Shown: positions 33,601-43,359 of the stretch, in pieces
How the letters are laid out: each line of letters opens with the position of its first letter
How positions within the stretch are numbered: position 1 is the first letter of the stretch
IMG/VR virus record: IMGVR_UViG_3300030099_000111
Location: 1-50,072 of that record
DNA from: a virus
Lineage: Duplodnaviria; Caudoviricetes
Length of the DNA: 50,072 nt
Reading direction: 5' to 3' (one strand)
Made by a program: the position numbers and the translations under genes
The notes under the pieces: model-generated
Told to the model about the DNA's origin: nothing
Seen by the model: the letters and a program-made list of their open reading frames with translations, nothing else
Databases searched by the model: none

Positions 33601-34362
33601 TCTCCTAGCTGCTCTACGTGCGGCCTCAAATCTTACCTTTGCTCTGGCTGCTTTTGCTGCACTTTCAGCAGCCCTAGTCATAGATGCTTTTGTGTAGCCA
33701 CTACCAGTAAGCTTCTTGATCATAGCCTCTGCTGCTTCATCGCCAGCTTTTTTAGCTGCTTCTTTAGTTGCACCAGACTGTGCTGCTCTCCTAGCTGCTG
33801 CTGCTACTGCATTTTTTATTGCTGCTTTACTAGCCTCACTCACACCCAACGCACCAGCCTTACCTGCAAAGCCTGTCACTAAGCCTAAGTAGTTTGTTGG
33901 ATCAGTTGCTACAGCTAGGATGTAATCCTTGACACCATCCACAGCCCCAAACACACCATCGTTTACAAAGACATTACCTAGACTGTCGTACAACTCGTAT
34001 GCTTCTTTTGCTGCTCTTTTAGTTTCGTCATCAGCTTTAGATATGTATCTAGCTTCACCTGCAGTTGCGACTATGTTAGTATTAAACCTACGCATACTAT
34101 CTACAAAGTCCTCCACTACAGTCTCAGCTTTGGCTGTCCTGTATGCAGCACCCTTCTTGCCTATCATGTAGTTACGTATCTTGTTTAACCTGTCTCTTCT
34201 GTACAAGTCTTGCTTTTTTAGTTTTTCTCCTTCACGAGTATCAGACTCAAACATATCATCAAATTGTGTGTTGTCTCTGTACTCAGGCACACCACTGTCT
34301 ATATCTTTAGACGCATCCGTTTCTATACCATACTCTTTATAAAAATCATTTAGTGTTGTCAT
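30676..34362 (-). CDS. Large internal virion (ejection) protein
   Basis: 1228 aa, Ala/Lys-rich helical, terminal gene of the virion arm. Confidence 0.7.
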   Translation of the reverse strand: MTTLNDFYKEYGIETDASKDIDSGVPEYRDNTQFDDMFESDTREGEKLKKQDLYRRDRLNKIRNYMIGKKGAAYRTAKAETVVEDFVDSMRRFNTNIVATAGEARYISKADDETKRAAKEAYELYDSLGNVFVNDGVFGAVDGVKDYILAVATDPTNYLGLVTGFAGKAGALGVSEASKAAIKNAVAAAARRAAQSGATKEAAKKAGDEAAEAMIKKLTGSGYTKASMTRAAESAAKAARAKVRFEAARRAARRATVEGGEVTLTKGRLKPRTIKFGMQQAGKKAVLQTTAIDSLLAGYQDVAIQDLYLDVGAQEKYSALQTGLSLALGGVAGGLHYTFGKADGLSGFAEAADMARAGTRGEEFPLKKFKAAKEELKKLKQSGADKATIKKQQRLVSKLQSEAIGKPLLAKESIDKAASEMKDAIKSWGEKVRSGKEELAKGEGNQIMPESLLSQIMLGYTTADKAASKGPMPIGGLAKIFNENNIKFSKKTKVSDVMTNLLQYMPEEELKEISKLFKKETSIDLGTTATLAVDLGDIIAATTSGAGSTLSVMAAVRRATDAGVVSGNEILATALEQKAVRDTLEQEGLLNVTKRAKGLGYAQNVWKRLLVSSPATTAANVAGFAQFYGGQGVADIFASGQLYIAGIGAASVGNKELSQELFRKSRVYRDIQTQKMKNFLDPLATYETFISLMDDIGDNKEFKGLLFETIGGGVERTAKRYNVDVNNPVIKNAEIFADASMTITGVRIQDTFTKSQMFMTELDKYVRLKHNKNLIDVLKSGDLEMLDDDVIGGAVDTTLRSVFSKDYTTDDQYLGAVARAVEQASNTPVLGTVIPFGRFMNNVVATAYQWSPLSFAGVASRIIKKEPGIKTNEAFARSLVGTSALVLAMQLDDERQKKGLGVNEIEMSGTVMDVRNVFPFSLFLVAGRVGNLTAKGETVPPELIEELGNQLAIGQVARDLQFGNDVFNAIDFFSSGGRGADLDALYKSLGNVAAGATRPLDALNRSIGFLADNDVAKDVRQADGFLPVFTQSSTKYFDNILEALIGESETLTGENLRVSSREGDIYDANPLARILGLNIKRGKTATEQAYTLANLQSWKQDQRSNIPTYDRLFNAGLAPMLEKRMQVLLSSKRFQDGDLEYKRGRVKYELKKARDQLRDYFDIPGSSAYLDQQRYRASTKGTKAQQKKAMRYMESLGVDAELKDFNFRELKTYESYIDHLNLKIKTGM

Positions 34363-34958
34363 TTTAGTGCTGCCTTTAATGCGTCAGAAAACTTAGTGCC
34401 AGGAGTTCCAAAGCCATCCTTAGTAACTTTACCTGTCTTCAACCACGATTTAGCTTTACCGTGTCCTTGATTGTGTGCGTACGCTAGTGCTGCTAGTTTA
34501 TCTTCTTTAGATAACTTTCTGTACTCAGGTGACACCATCATATATCTGTGATTTTGAGCAGTGTAAGCAGCAAAAGCTTTTTCTTGTAAGTCTACATTGC
34601 CTCTAAACTTTTCACGAGATTTAGTATCATGAGGTAGTTCTAGTCCTAACAATCTAGCCGCATCTATCTTAGCATCTTTACCTAACTGATACCTACCATC
34701 ATAGTGATCGTTAGCCCCACCCTTTGCGTGATAGTTACCAGATCCTCTTGATTCTATCTTAGCTAGTTCTTCTCTGTATATATCCCATGTGCTTTTGTTT
34801 ACGCCAAGTTTATCAGACACAAGATCATACACAGTATTTTGCCATGTAGGTTTTTTCTTTGGAGACATCAGCCCCTCTGGTTCCTCTCCCACAACTCTTC
34901 CTGGCATGTTTATCTCAACAAACTCAACAACTTTTCCTGGCATATCTATAGCTACCAT
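34359..34958 (-). CDS. Lysozyme-like / lytic transglycosylase
   Basis: Start MVAIDMPG after GAGGA; KIESRG (catalytic Glu), GRYQLG, AYAHNQG. Confidence 0.78.
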   Translation of the reverse strand: MVAIDMPGKVVEFVEINMPGRVVGEEPEGLMSPKKKPTWQNTVYDLVSDKLGVNKSTWDIYREELAKIESRGSGNYHAKGGANDHYDGRYQLGKDAKIDAARLLGLELPHDTKSREKFRGNVDLQEKAFAAYTAQNHRYMMVSPEYRKLSKEDKLAALAYAHNQGHGKAKSWLKTGKVTKDGFGTPGTKFSDALKAALK

Positions 34959-34977
34959 GTTTAAAAAATCCTCTATA

Positions 34978-36558
34978 CTATTCTTTTTGCATAAGCTGAT
35001 TGGTATCAGGGTGAATAAAGTAAGCACCAACAGGAAGATCTTTATACGCTTGATTCTTTTCTGCATTACTCATACTTTCTGGAAACCTAAAAGGATTATC
35101 TCTTGATGTTTCTTGTGGTTCTGTTTCAGTGATCTCAGGAGTTTCGCTTAACTTTCTACCAGTTTCAGGATCGTGAGTGTCACCAAATAGTTCATCCCAC
35201 TCATCAACTCTTAGATTATCAGGAACCTCTATTTCACCATTTAGTATCTGCTGTCTTGTTTCATAATCTAATGAAACACCAGTAAATCTGCTAGTAAAAG
35301 CATTTGGTCTAGGTGGCACTTTTATTTCAAGATCTAAACTGTCAGTAACAGGCACTTCAGGCGTTGGCACAGGAACCTCGTCACCTGCTAATTGTATGCT
35401 TGGTATTAGACCTTTTACAGCCATATCTTTTAACAAATCATCTACCTGTTCTTCAGGAACAGTTTGACCACCTATTATTAGACTTTTTACTTTTTTATCT
35501 GTGCCTATAATTATTTCATGTCTGACACCGTTGCTCATCACACTAAATTTATTTTCAATGTCAGTGGATATGGACGGTTTACTTTTTAGTATATCACTAA
35601 CTATTTTTCTTTCTAACTCCTCATCATCCAAACTACCGTACTCTAGCTCTCCTATCTGATCTTGACTAAGACCAGCATCTTCTAGTAAAGGACGCATCCT
35701 ATTTACATAAGTGGGATCACCCTGTGATGTAATTGATATCTGATTAAAAAGCATTTGTTGTTTATCTTTTGTAGCAAACTCCATAGCTAATGCTTGGATA
35801 TCTGCATCTGGATCTCCTCGCGCAGCTAGTTCTGCTTGTCTTAAATACTTACCGCTATCTCTGTTATCTTGAACCTGTGAGTCTATCGTGTTAATCATTC
35901 TGTTGAAAGCAGATGCTGCACTTGTTGGATCAAAGTCTCGTGTAGGTGTAAATGAGAAGTATGTGCCAGGTGCAACGCTATCGTAAGTCTCCTGTTTAGA
36001 TATCTCGTTTATATCCATAACAGAGTAGCCATCATAGAAAGCATCTTTATCTAGCTTTGCTCTTACTGAATCATCTAAGTCAATACCGAATATAGTTTTC
36101 ATTAGACCTCTTTGTGGGTCTTTGGTACTACCTAGTGATGGATCAGTAAGAGCAGTGTTCATCTGGTAGAACTCCTCCGAATCCACATCCCCATACGCAA
36201 AGTTCTCTGAAAAGTCTATCAAAGATTCTATCTCATACTCATCAAATTTTTGTCCTGATGTAAAGTTACGTCTTGCTGCTTCTTCTTGAGCAGACACAGA
36301 CAAGTCAAACAAACCTTTAGGCCCAGACGCAATAGCTGCGTTGATATGTTTATCCTCAAAGCCTAGCGCCCTCAGTCTTGCTATCTCAGACTTAGCTAAG
36401 TTACCTAGCTGTCTAAGTTGAGTTATCTTAGACTTACCTTCATCTGCTTTTTCTTTTAGCTCTCGTTTATATTCTCTGGCTTCGGCAACTCTTGTGTTAA
36501 TCTGCCTTGCCTGATCTTCCATAAACGCTGCAGCGAATGCCTTTGCATCAAATCCCAT
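34978..36558 (-). CDS. Internal virion protein (putative)
   Basis: 526 aa acidic, MGFDAKAFAAAF start, in the internal protein cluster. Confidence 0.65.
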   Translation of the reverse strand: MGFDAKAFAAAFMEDQARQINTRVAEAREYKRELKEKADEGKSKITQLRQLGNLAKSEIARLRALGFEDKHINAAIASGPKGLFDLSVSAQEEAARRNFTSGQKFDEYEIESLIDFSENFAYGDVDSEEFYQMNTALTDPSLGSTKDPQRGLMKTIFGIDLDDSVRAKLDKDAFYDGYSVMDINEISKQETYDSVAPGTYFSFTPTRDFDPTSAASAFNRMINTIDSQVQDNRDSGKYLRQAELAARGDPDADIQALAMEFATKDKQQMLFNQISITSQGDPTYVNRMRPLLEDAGLSQDQIGELEYGSLDDEELERKIVSDILKSKPSISTDIENKFSVMSNGVRHEIIIGTDKKVKSLIIGGQTVPEEQVDDLLKDMAVKGLIPSIQLAGDEVPVPTPEVPVTDSLDLEIKVPPRPNAFTSRFTGVSLDYETRQQILNGEIEVPDNLRVDEWDELFGDTHDPETGRKLSETPEITETEPQETSRDNPFRFPESMSNAEKNQAYKDLPVGAYFIHPDTNQLMQKE

Positions 36559-36564
36559 AGTAAC

Positions 36565-37170
36565 CTACCTTCTAGCCATCAGGCCCATTTCTTGTGGAGC
36601 CTCTGCTGGTGGCTCGTTAACTTGTTGTATGTCTTCTGGCTCTGGCGCTGGCATATCTTGCGCTTCCATCACTTCATCTCGACTTACATCTCTTTCGAGG
36701 AACTCTGATATCTCACCTAACAGTGCTGTACCTGCATCCTCACCACCTTCTTCTTTTGCCTTAGTTAGAGCACCCTGTAGAATCATCTGCACTCTGCTTC
36801 TCTCTTTTGCATCTAGCTCTGCCTGTGGATCTTTGTTACTAAACTTATAGTCAATCTCATTGCTTTCAGCGACTGCAGCTAAAAACTCCATGACCACAGG
36901 TTTTACTAATAAGGCTACATCTAGGTTGTGTTTACCTCTCATAACCTGCGACAAAGTTATAGCCTCTGATATCGGGTTGATAGCTACGCCAGCTTCTATG
37001 GCTACCATCAGGTCATCCATGATATCCTCTTGAGATAGACTAGTCATGTAATAACTTATAGCATCCTCTACCTTATCTATGTCTACAGGACGCTCCCACG
37101 GACGCTCACCTGGCGCATGTGTAAACAAAGAGTTTCCTGGTATTGGTGCTCCAAAATCTGATACTGCCAT
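36565..37170 (-). CDS. Conserved virion-associated protein
   Basis: APIPGNSL...PWERP N-terminus; C-terminus GLMARR. Confidence 0.7.
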   Translation of the reverse strand: MAVSDFGAPIPGNSLFTHAPGERPWERPVDIDKVEDAISYYMTSLSQEDIMDDLMVAIEAGVAINPISEAITLSQVMRGKHNLDVALLVKPVVMEFLAAVAESNEIDYKFSNKDPQAELDAKERSRVQMILQGALTKAKEEGGEDAGTALLGEISEFLERDVSRDEVMEAQDMPAPEPEDIQQVNEPPAEAPQEMGLMARR

Positions 37171-37179
37171 TTTCTTTTC

Positions 37180-37623
37180 CTATTTAGTAAACCCAGCGCC
37201 AAAGTATAATCCTACTATGGCTGATACGATGTGTGTATCTAGTGGTGTGATTACAAAGCCTTTAGCCACTTTCCACTGTATAGCTTCATCTGGCCCAAAC
37301 AACCAGTTCATAATACCACCAGTTGCTTCTGTATATCCTACATAAACGCTGACATCAGGATACCACACTGCGACTAGTTTTGGCAAGACAATAATACTAA
37401 ATACTGCACCTAATGCTATTAATCTTCTAGTCCAAGCAAAGTGTTTGTCATCTTTGCCAGCGTTACGTGCTTCAGCTACGGCTTCTTTTCTAAAGTTAGC
37501 ACGTTGTAAAAGCATCTTGTTGTTAGCTTCTCTAGCCTTTATGGACTGCCCCCATATGGACATAACCCCACCTAACACGGTGGAGAAAAGCATAGTGATT
37601 AGTTCTAGTGGTAGACCCATCAT
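37180..37623 (-). CDS. Holin-like membrane protein
   Basis: Three hydrophobic segments, WTRR motif, IVGLYFG end. Confidence 0.6.
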   Translation of the reverse strand: MMGLPLELITMLFSTVLGGVMSIWGQSIKAREANNKMLLQRANFRKEAVAEARNAGKDDKHFAWTRRLIALGAVFSIIVLPKLVAVWYPDVSVYVGYTEATGGIMNWLFGPDEAIQWKVAKGFVITPLDTHIVSAIVGLYFGAGFTK

Positions 37624-37624
37624 G

Positions 37625-39052
37625 TTAGTTACCCCACGTTTCTGGATTGCCGATATTTATAAGCATAGGTGTTCCATCATCTTTACTTGAGTCTTTATAA
37701 TCTCTAGAGCCTAACAAAAAACCCATGTTGTGTGCAACATCTAGAAAACCTATTTTACCTTGTCTATATGCATTTGCTGTATCAATTACACCTTTTGCTG
37801 TAGAATATTTTTCTTCAAACTCTTCTGTGTCAAGAATAGGATATTTACCTTTTTTATTTGGTTCTACAGAGTAGTCAGTGTATATATTATAATCATATGT
37901 ATCTTTTACTATAACATCCCCATTATCTCTTTGTGTCAAAAATGTGTCACCCACAGAATAATAAGCTCTCATGGCAGGAGGTAAACCTAAAGGAGAATCG
38001 CTTTCACCAGTTGCAACTTTTAAAATATCTTTTGCTGTATCTATCTGCTGTCCTCTAGTTACTGTTCCCTCTCCATACCTATTCCACATTTCTCTAAAAT
38101 GATTTAACTCACCGTCTGTAAAGTATGTTTCATCTATTGTTTTTTTACCTGTCCATACATTTCTATCTAAACCAAATATATTTCTAAGTAAAAGTTTTGC
38201 AGGGGTTGACTTTACTAAATCTAAATATCTACCAGCAGTGGATTCACCAAAATTAAAAACGCCAGGAACAATACTAGCTTGTTTAGGAACTAAAGATTGT
38301 TGAGCTAAAAAGTCATCGTCATATATTACCTCGCCAGGCTCTAACGTTTCTACTTCAATCTCTGGTACACCTACTAACGCTGCTGTTGTGTTCTTACCTA
38401 CTATACCATCAACTTTTAAACCTTTTTCTTTTTGAAAAGCTTTGATGGCTTTCTTTGTTTGTGGACCTATAATACCATCTACCTTAATATTATAACCTGC
38501 ATCAACTAGCTTTTGTTGTATTTGTTTATTGTTTAACTCTACAGGTTCTTCAGGAAGCGGTTCTATAAATGTTTCAGGATCTGGTGGTCTACTTTCTGAC
38601 TGTTCTTTAGCTAACATAGCTGTCACATCAACTAGTAAATCATTTACTACTGGAGATTTTAATTTTTGTTGCATCACTTTCGGTACTTCATTACCAAACC
38701 TAGAAAGCCTTCTTACGGTGGTGCCATGTCTATCGTACAGAGAGTTTGGGTTTATTAGTAGCTCTTGCAGACTAGCACTATCTAACTCAACACCTTGATC
38801 CTCATCCTCGCTATCGTCATAGTTATTCATCATGGTAATAGTATCTGTGGTAGCTGCTATCGGGTCAGTTGGTTTGTCATCATCGTCATCATCATCTTCA
38901 GGTCTAGGCACAGGTCTTGGACTAGACATCAATCCTGTAGGTCTAGCTTTAGGACGCAGACTTGAGGTTACAGCACCTGATGGTTCTTTATCCTCTTGTC
39001 CAATACCCAAGAAGTTTTTGATTATTTCACCTAATCCTAATTGTTCAGCCAT
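37625..39052 (-). CDS. Peptidoglycan-binding domain protein
   Basis: IQQKLVDAGY..VDGIIGPQTKKAIKAFQKEKGLKVDGIVGKNT is a PG_binding_1 signature. Confidence 0.85.
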   Translation of the reverse strand: MAEQLGLGEIIKNFLGIGQEDKEPSGAVTSSLRPKARPTGLMSSPRPVPRPEDDDDDDDKPTDPIAATTDTITMMNNYDDSEDEDQGVELDSASLQELLINPNSLYDRHGTTVRRLSRFGNEVPKVMQQKLKSPVVNDLLVDVTAMLAKEQSESRPPDPETFIEPLPEEPVELNNKQIQQKLVDAGYNIKVDGIIGPQTKKAIKAFQKEKGLKVDGIVGKNTTAALVGVPEIEVETLEPGEVIYDDDFLAQQSLVPKQASIVPGVFNFGESTAGRYLDLVKSTPAKLLLRNIFGLDRNVWTGKKTIDETYFTDGELNHFREMWNRYGEGTVTRGQQIDTAKDILKVATGESDSPLGLPPAMRAYYSVGDTFLTQRDNGDVIVKDTYDYNIYTDYSVEPNKKGKYPILDTEEFEEKYSTAKGVIDTANAYRQGKIGFLDVAHNMGFLLGSRDYKDSSKDDGTPMLINIGNPETWGN

Positions 39053-39063
39053 TTTATTTTACC

Positions 39064-42000
39064 TTATGAAAAGAAACTACCTATGCCACCTGCTTCTCCA
39101 ACAGCGCCAACTACAGCAGATAAAAACGTACCTGTGGCTGCTGAGAATGCAGCATCACCAGCAGCATCATTATTTATTTTTGCTTTAACTAACTCAAACT
39201 CTCTGTCTGCTTGTTTCTCTGATGTAGTCCAAGCATAGTTCATTAGGTCACGCTCTTGTTGCCATAACTCTGCAATACCTTGTGCAGTTAAGTTGTTAGC
39301 TACAGCAGCAGCCCTCATGTTAGCATCGTTTATATTTTGATTGTTTATGGTGGCTATCTGTTGCCGCCACTGTGCATTAGCTTGTGCCACGACTAACTGG
39401 TTCTGTGCGTTAAACATATCTCTTTGATTTTCTAGCTCTTGATTAAACTTAGAAATAGAGTTAAGCTCACCTGTGTTAAACTGATTCATAGCATTCATCT
39501 GTGCATTGTTAAACATATCTATCTGTGAATCTTGATTCATCATAAATTGTCTAGTTTGGTTTAGGCTAGACGAGTTGAACTGTGCTGCTGCATTAGCTGC
39601 ACCTTGATCACTAAAGATACTTTGTATTGACTCTTGTGCCTTAAACAACTCCATTTGTTGTAGCTTGTCAATGTTAGACAAGTCCAGTGATAAAAACGCA
39701 TTTGCTTTTTGTTGTGCTGCTTGTTGCTCGTTAGACAGATTAGTTACATCAACTTGTGTTAGTGCTGCTGCGTCTGCTAATAATTTAGCTTGCTCGTTAG
39801 TTATATTAGTTATGTCAAAGGTTTGTACTAGTTCTGAGTTACGTAATACACGAGTCTGATCTGCGCTAAACTGTAAGTTAGCTATCTCAGCAATACGATC
39901 TGCACGTATGACATTTACTTGTTGTTCGTTAGTAAGTTCTTGTCCACGCATAGCCGCTTCTATTTGTGCGTTAGCCAATGCAGTCTGTTGACGGTTAGAC
40001 AAGTTTTCTACATCAATGTTTAACTTGTTAGTCATGTTAAATAATCGAACTTGTTGTTCGTTGCTCAACTCTGCTTCACGTTCTTGAATCTGGTTAGACA
40101 CATTAAACAAAGATGTTTGTTGTCTGTTATCCAACACTCTACCTTGCATAGCAGCAGCAGCCACAGCATCTTGTATGAATGCCTGTTGCTTGTTTGTAGC
40201 GTTTTGCATTTCTGTTTCAAATGCTTGTGTGCTTGTAAGCACAGCTACCTGCTGCTCATTACTGAGCACCTGCCCCATCATAGACGCTTTGACTTGTAAA
40301 TTAGATAGCGCAGTCTGCTGGGCGTTTGACAGGTTTGTAAGATCTACTTCAAGTGCCTGTGTGGACTCTAGTATAGATGCCTGTTGTCTGTTAGTTAAGT
40401 TTAGATTGTTTACTTCTGCAAACCTAGCTGCATTTGCTAAAGCAACGTTTTGTGACACGTTTAGGTTTTGGTTTCTTAGACCTGCTCTCAGTTGTGCTTG
40501 TGCTAACACTGCCTCTTGGGTATTGCTCAAGTTAGTTAACTGCAGATTTGCATTGTTGGTGCTATTCTGTATAGCAGCCGCTTGTTGGTTGTTTAAATTT
40601 TCTAGCTCAAACCTCTGTGCAGCAGCAGCGTTAGCTAAAGCTACAGCTTGTTTATTACGGATATTCTCCATGTCTATAGCTTGAAAGATAGACGCATCAG
40701 CCTGTGCTATTGGTATGGCGCTCTCCATAGCAGCCTGTATCATAGCTGCCCCTGCCATAGAACTAGCACCTAAACCTCTAGCATTCATAACTTCGTTTAC
40801 TTTACGTAGTGCTCCTGCAGCCCACGCAGGTGTACCATCGTTAAACGAATCCATAAGTTTTTCTAGTTGGAAAGATACTGTAGACTGTGGGCTAACTTCA
40901 CCCTTAGTGAACTGTGCTTCTAACTGTTGTGTGAATGTAGCAGTCTGTGCTTTTAGTGTGGCTGCTTCGTTTAGTCCACTGAGTGTTTGTCCAGTTACGA
41001 CAATTTCCTCTGTGTTCAATATGTTGTTTACATCTACTATTTCATTTGCATCTACAACTGTAGCTTGTTCTGCTGTTATGTCAGGCACAAACTCTGTTTG
41101 TTTTTGCTGTGCGTTTGCTATCTCAGAAAACTCTGCAGCATTCTCTACTCGTGTAGCCTCTGCAGTAGCTGACTGTGTAGGTGGTAATGTGTAATCAACT
41201 TGAGGTGTGGCTATAGGTGTGTCTGTTGCAAACTTAGCAGCATCTACTTCCTCTACAGGTTCTGTAATCTGTTGATCTGGAGCTTGTACAATCTCATCAA
41301 AGGTAGCTGGATCAGGTAGTTCACCCTCCTGTATATCTCTAGTTATTTTTTGTACTTCTCTTATTTCTTCTAAAGTTTTAGGATCTAAGTCTAACTGAGC
41401 CAACTCTTCTGGTGGCATAGTAGCAGCTTTAGCTATAGCGTCATCAGACAGTGTACCTGTCTTGGCTGCAAACTCTTCTAGTGCAGTTTTAACTTTTGCT
41501 TGAGACATGTAAGCAGTGTAGATGGCTGCTGCTGCATCTGTAGCATCCTGTGCTACTTGTGCTTGTTGTCTAGCTACATACTCTACTAAATCCTCTTCAG
41601 GAGTTCCTATAGGTGCAGGTGGGTACTTTATATTTATTTCATCTGGAGACATTCTAGCTAGATAGCCTCGAACTGCTTTGACTGATGGTGAGTTTACTGC
41701 ATCTGCAAGCGTTGCCTGTGCTGCAATAATATCATCTATACTAGCTACTTCACCTGTGCCTTTGTCTATAAGTTGACCATTCTGTACTTTAAGTAAAGAT
41801 ACATCTTGTTTAGTTACAAGTGTTTGAGGTGAGCTTATTGTTTGTGCTAGAGATTCTGCTACGGTAGGTATGTCAGTAACCTTCATGCGTTCTTCTGCAG
41901 ATTTTAAGTCTCCGTAAGTAGTTTCTATAAGAGACTGTGCATTTTCTAAGTTTAGTTTTGCTGCATCATACTCATTTGTTAATCTTGTTTTTTCTTCTTC

Positions 42001-43359
42001 TGATACTATATTTCTAGATGCAATAGTTGCTGCAGCTAATATGTTAGCACGTCCAATAGCATAACTGTTATTATTGTGAAATGTTTTAACAATAGTTCCG
42101 TCAGGATATTCTAGTTGTATGTAAGTCTTACCATTAGTGTGTACAAAAGTACCTAACTTGTAATCCTTTGGGTCTACAACATTAGTCATTTCTGATACAG
42201 TTGTTTTAGCCCAAGCTTTATCATCTGCTATTCTTCTGTTTCTACCCTCTGTACCTTCATTAAAGTCTGTTTGAAAAGCAGCTTCTATAGCAGCATCAGG
42301 ATCAGTGTACAAATCTGATGGATCTGTTAGTTTGTTAAACGCTTGCTGTGCGTCTGTTAATGTTTTCTGTGCATCAGCGTATGCCTGTTGTGCCTGATCT
42401 AATTGTGTCTGACCCTGACCAGCCGCAAATTTTGGTATTGTAACATCGGTTTGTTGTGTTTGTGGTTGTGCTGTAGTTAAATCAGTGCGTAAACCTAAAT
42501 CAGTAGCGGTGGTAGTATCAAATGGAGTTCCTGTAAAGTCTGGCTGTGTGGCAGATCCTTCAGTAATTTGTTTTAGATCATCATCAGTTGTAGTTATTTC
42601 ATCAGGTAGCTCTGACGTTATACCTGTACCTGTAGTGCCTGTACCTGTAGTTGTAGCTAAAAGATTAGTTGCGCTTGCATCAGCACCAACACCAAAGTTA
42701 ACACCTGCTTTTTGGGCTTGTTCTAGCGTTGGTAAATTACGTAATATTTGTCCATTTGCATCTACTATAGCAAATCCTTTAGCGCCACCAATATTTGTTT
42801 CAACTATACTAGGTTTATTAAATGTTTGTCCTACATTAAAATACTCTATTGTTTCTCCTTGTGTATTTTTTGTTCCTAGTTTTTCTGAATCAGTGGTTGA
42901 TTTACTAGTTATATTAGGGTCAGGAGCATTGCTTGCATACATCTGACCTGTGGCTTGTTGAGCAGCAGCGACAATATTATCAGATGCCATAATAGCATTC
43001 CAATTACGAGTGTCTTGATTAGATCCTACAACACCATATAGTAAATCAGATGCCTGTTTAGATAGAGCAGCATAACTACCATCAGCCTGTGTCTCCTTTA
43101 AAGATTTGCCACTAATAGCTTCTATAAGTTCTCGCGAACTAGGTTTTACTATTTTACCACCGCCTTGAAAGCCCATAGACATTGGTCTACCTTCAATACG
43201 ATCTCTAGCCATTTCGTTATAACGGCCTAGCATAGATGCAGCAGATGGTGTGGCTGCTACAAAAGCATCCATCATCTCTTTATCTACAGGACCATCATAG
43301 CCAAGCTCACTTAGCAGTTGATGTGTTTGTTGATTTGTAAAACCTTTAAACTTAGCCAT
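39064..43359 (-). CDS. Large internal virion protein with Gln/Asn/Ala-rich repeats
   Basis: 1431 aa; NLSNxQQ repeats; TPAWAAGA, RGLGASSMAG motifs. Confidence 0.75.
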   Translation of the reverse strand: MAKFKGFTNQQTHQLLSELGYDGPVDKEMMDAFVAATPSAASMLGRYNEMARDRIEGRPMSMGFQGGGKIVKPSSRELIEAISGKSLKETQADGSYAALSKQASDLLYGVVGSNQDTRNWNAIMASDNIVAAAQQATGQMYASNAPDPNITSKSTTDSEKLGTKNTQGETIEYFNVGQTFNKPSIVETNIGGAKGFAIVDANGQILRNLPTLEQAQKAGVNFGVGADASATNLLATTTGTGTTGTGITSELPDEITTTDDDLKQITEGSATQPDFTGTPFDTTTATDLGLRTDLTTAQPQTQQTDVTIPKFAAGQGQTQLDQAQQAYADAQKTLTDAQQAFNKLTDPSDLYTDPDAAIEAAFQTDFNEGTEGRNRRIADDKAWAKTTVSEMTNVVDPKDYKLGTFVHTNGKTYIQLEYPDGTIVKTFHNNNSYAIGRANILAAATIASRNIVSEEEKTRLTNEYDAAKLNLENAQSLIETTYGDLKSAEERMKVTDIPTVAESLAQTISSPQTLVTKQDVSLLKVQNGQLIDKGTGEVASIDDIIAAQATLADAVNSPSVKAVRGYLARMSPDEINIKYPPAPIGTPEEDLVEYVARQQAQVAQDATDAAAAIYTAYMSQAKVKTALEEFAAKTGTLSDDAIAKAATMPPEELAQLDLDPKTLEEIREVQKITRDIQEGELPDPATFDEIVQAPDQQITEPVEEVDAAKFATDTPIATPQVDYTLPPTQSATAEATRVENAAEFSEIANAQQKQTEFVPDITAEQATVVDANEIVDVNNILNTEEIVVTGQTLSGLNEAATLKAQTATFTQQLEAQFTKGEVSPQSTVSFQLEKLMDSFNDGTPAWAAGALRKVNEVMNARGLGASSMAGAAMIQAAMESAIPIAQADASIFQAIDMENIRNKQAVALANAAAAQRFELENLNNQQAAAIQNSTNNANLQLTNLSNTQEAVLAQAQLRAGLRNQNLNVSQNVALANAARFAEVNNLNLTNRQQASILESTQALEVDLTNLSNAQQTALSNLQVKASMMGQVLSNEQQVAVLTSTQAFETEMQNATNKQQAFIQDAVAAAAMQGRVLDNRQQTSLFNVSNQIQEREAELSNEQQVRLFNMTNKLNIDVENLSNRQQTALANAQIEAAMRGQELTNEQQVNVIRADRIAEIANLQFSADQTRVLRNSELVQTFDITNITNEQAKLLADAAALTQVDVTNLSNEQQAAQQKANAFLSLDLSNIDKLQQMELFKAQESIQSIFSDQGAANAAAQFNSSSLNQTRQFMMNQDSQIDMFNNAQMNAMNQFNTGELNSISKFNQELENQRDMFNAQNQLVVAQANAQWRQQIATINNQNINDANMRAAAVANNLTAQGIAELWQQERDLMNYAWTTSEKQADREFELVKAKINNDAAGDAAFSAATGTFLSAVVGAVGEAGGIGSFFS

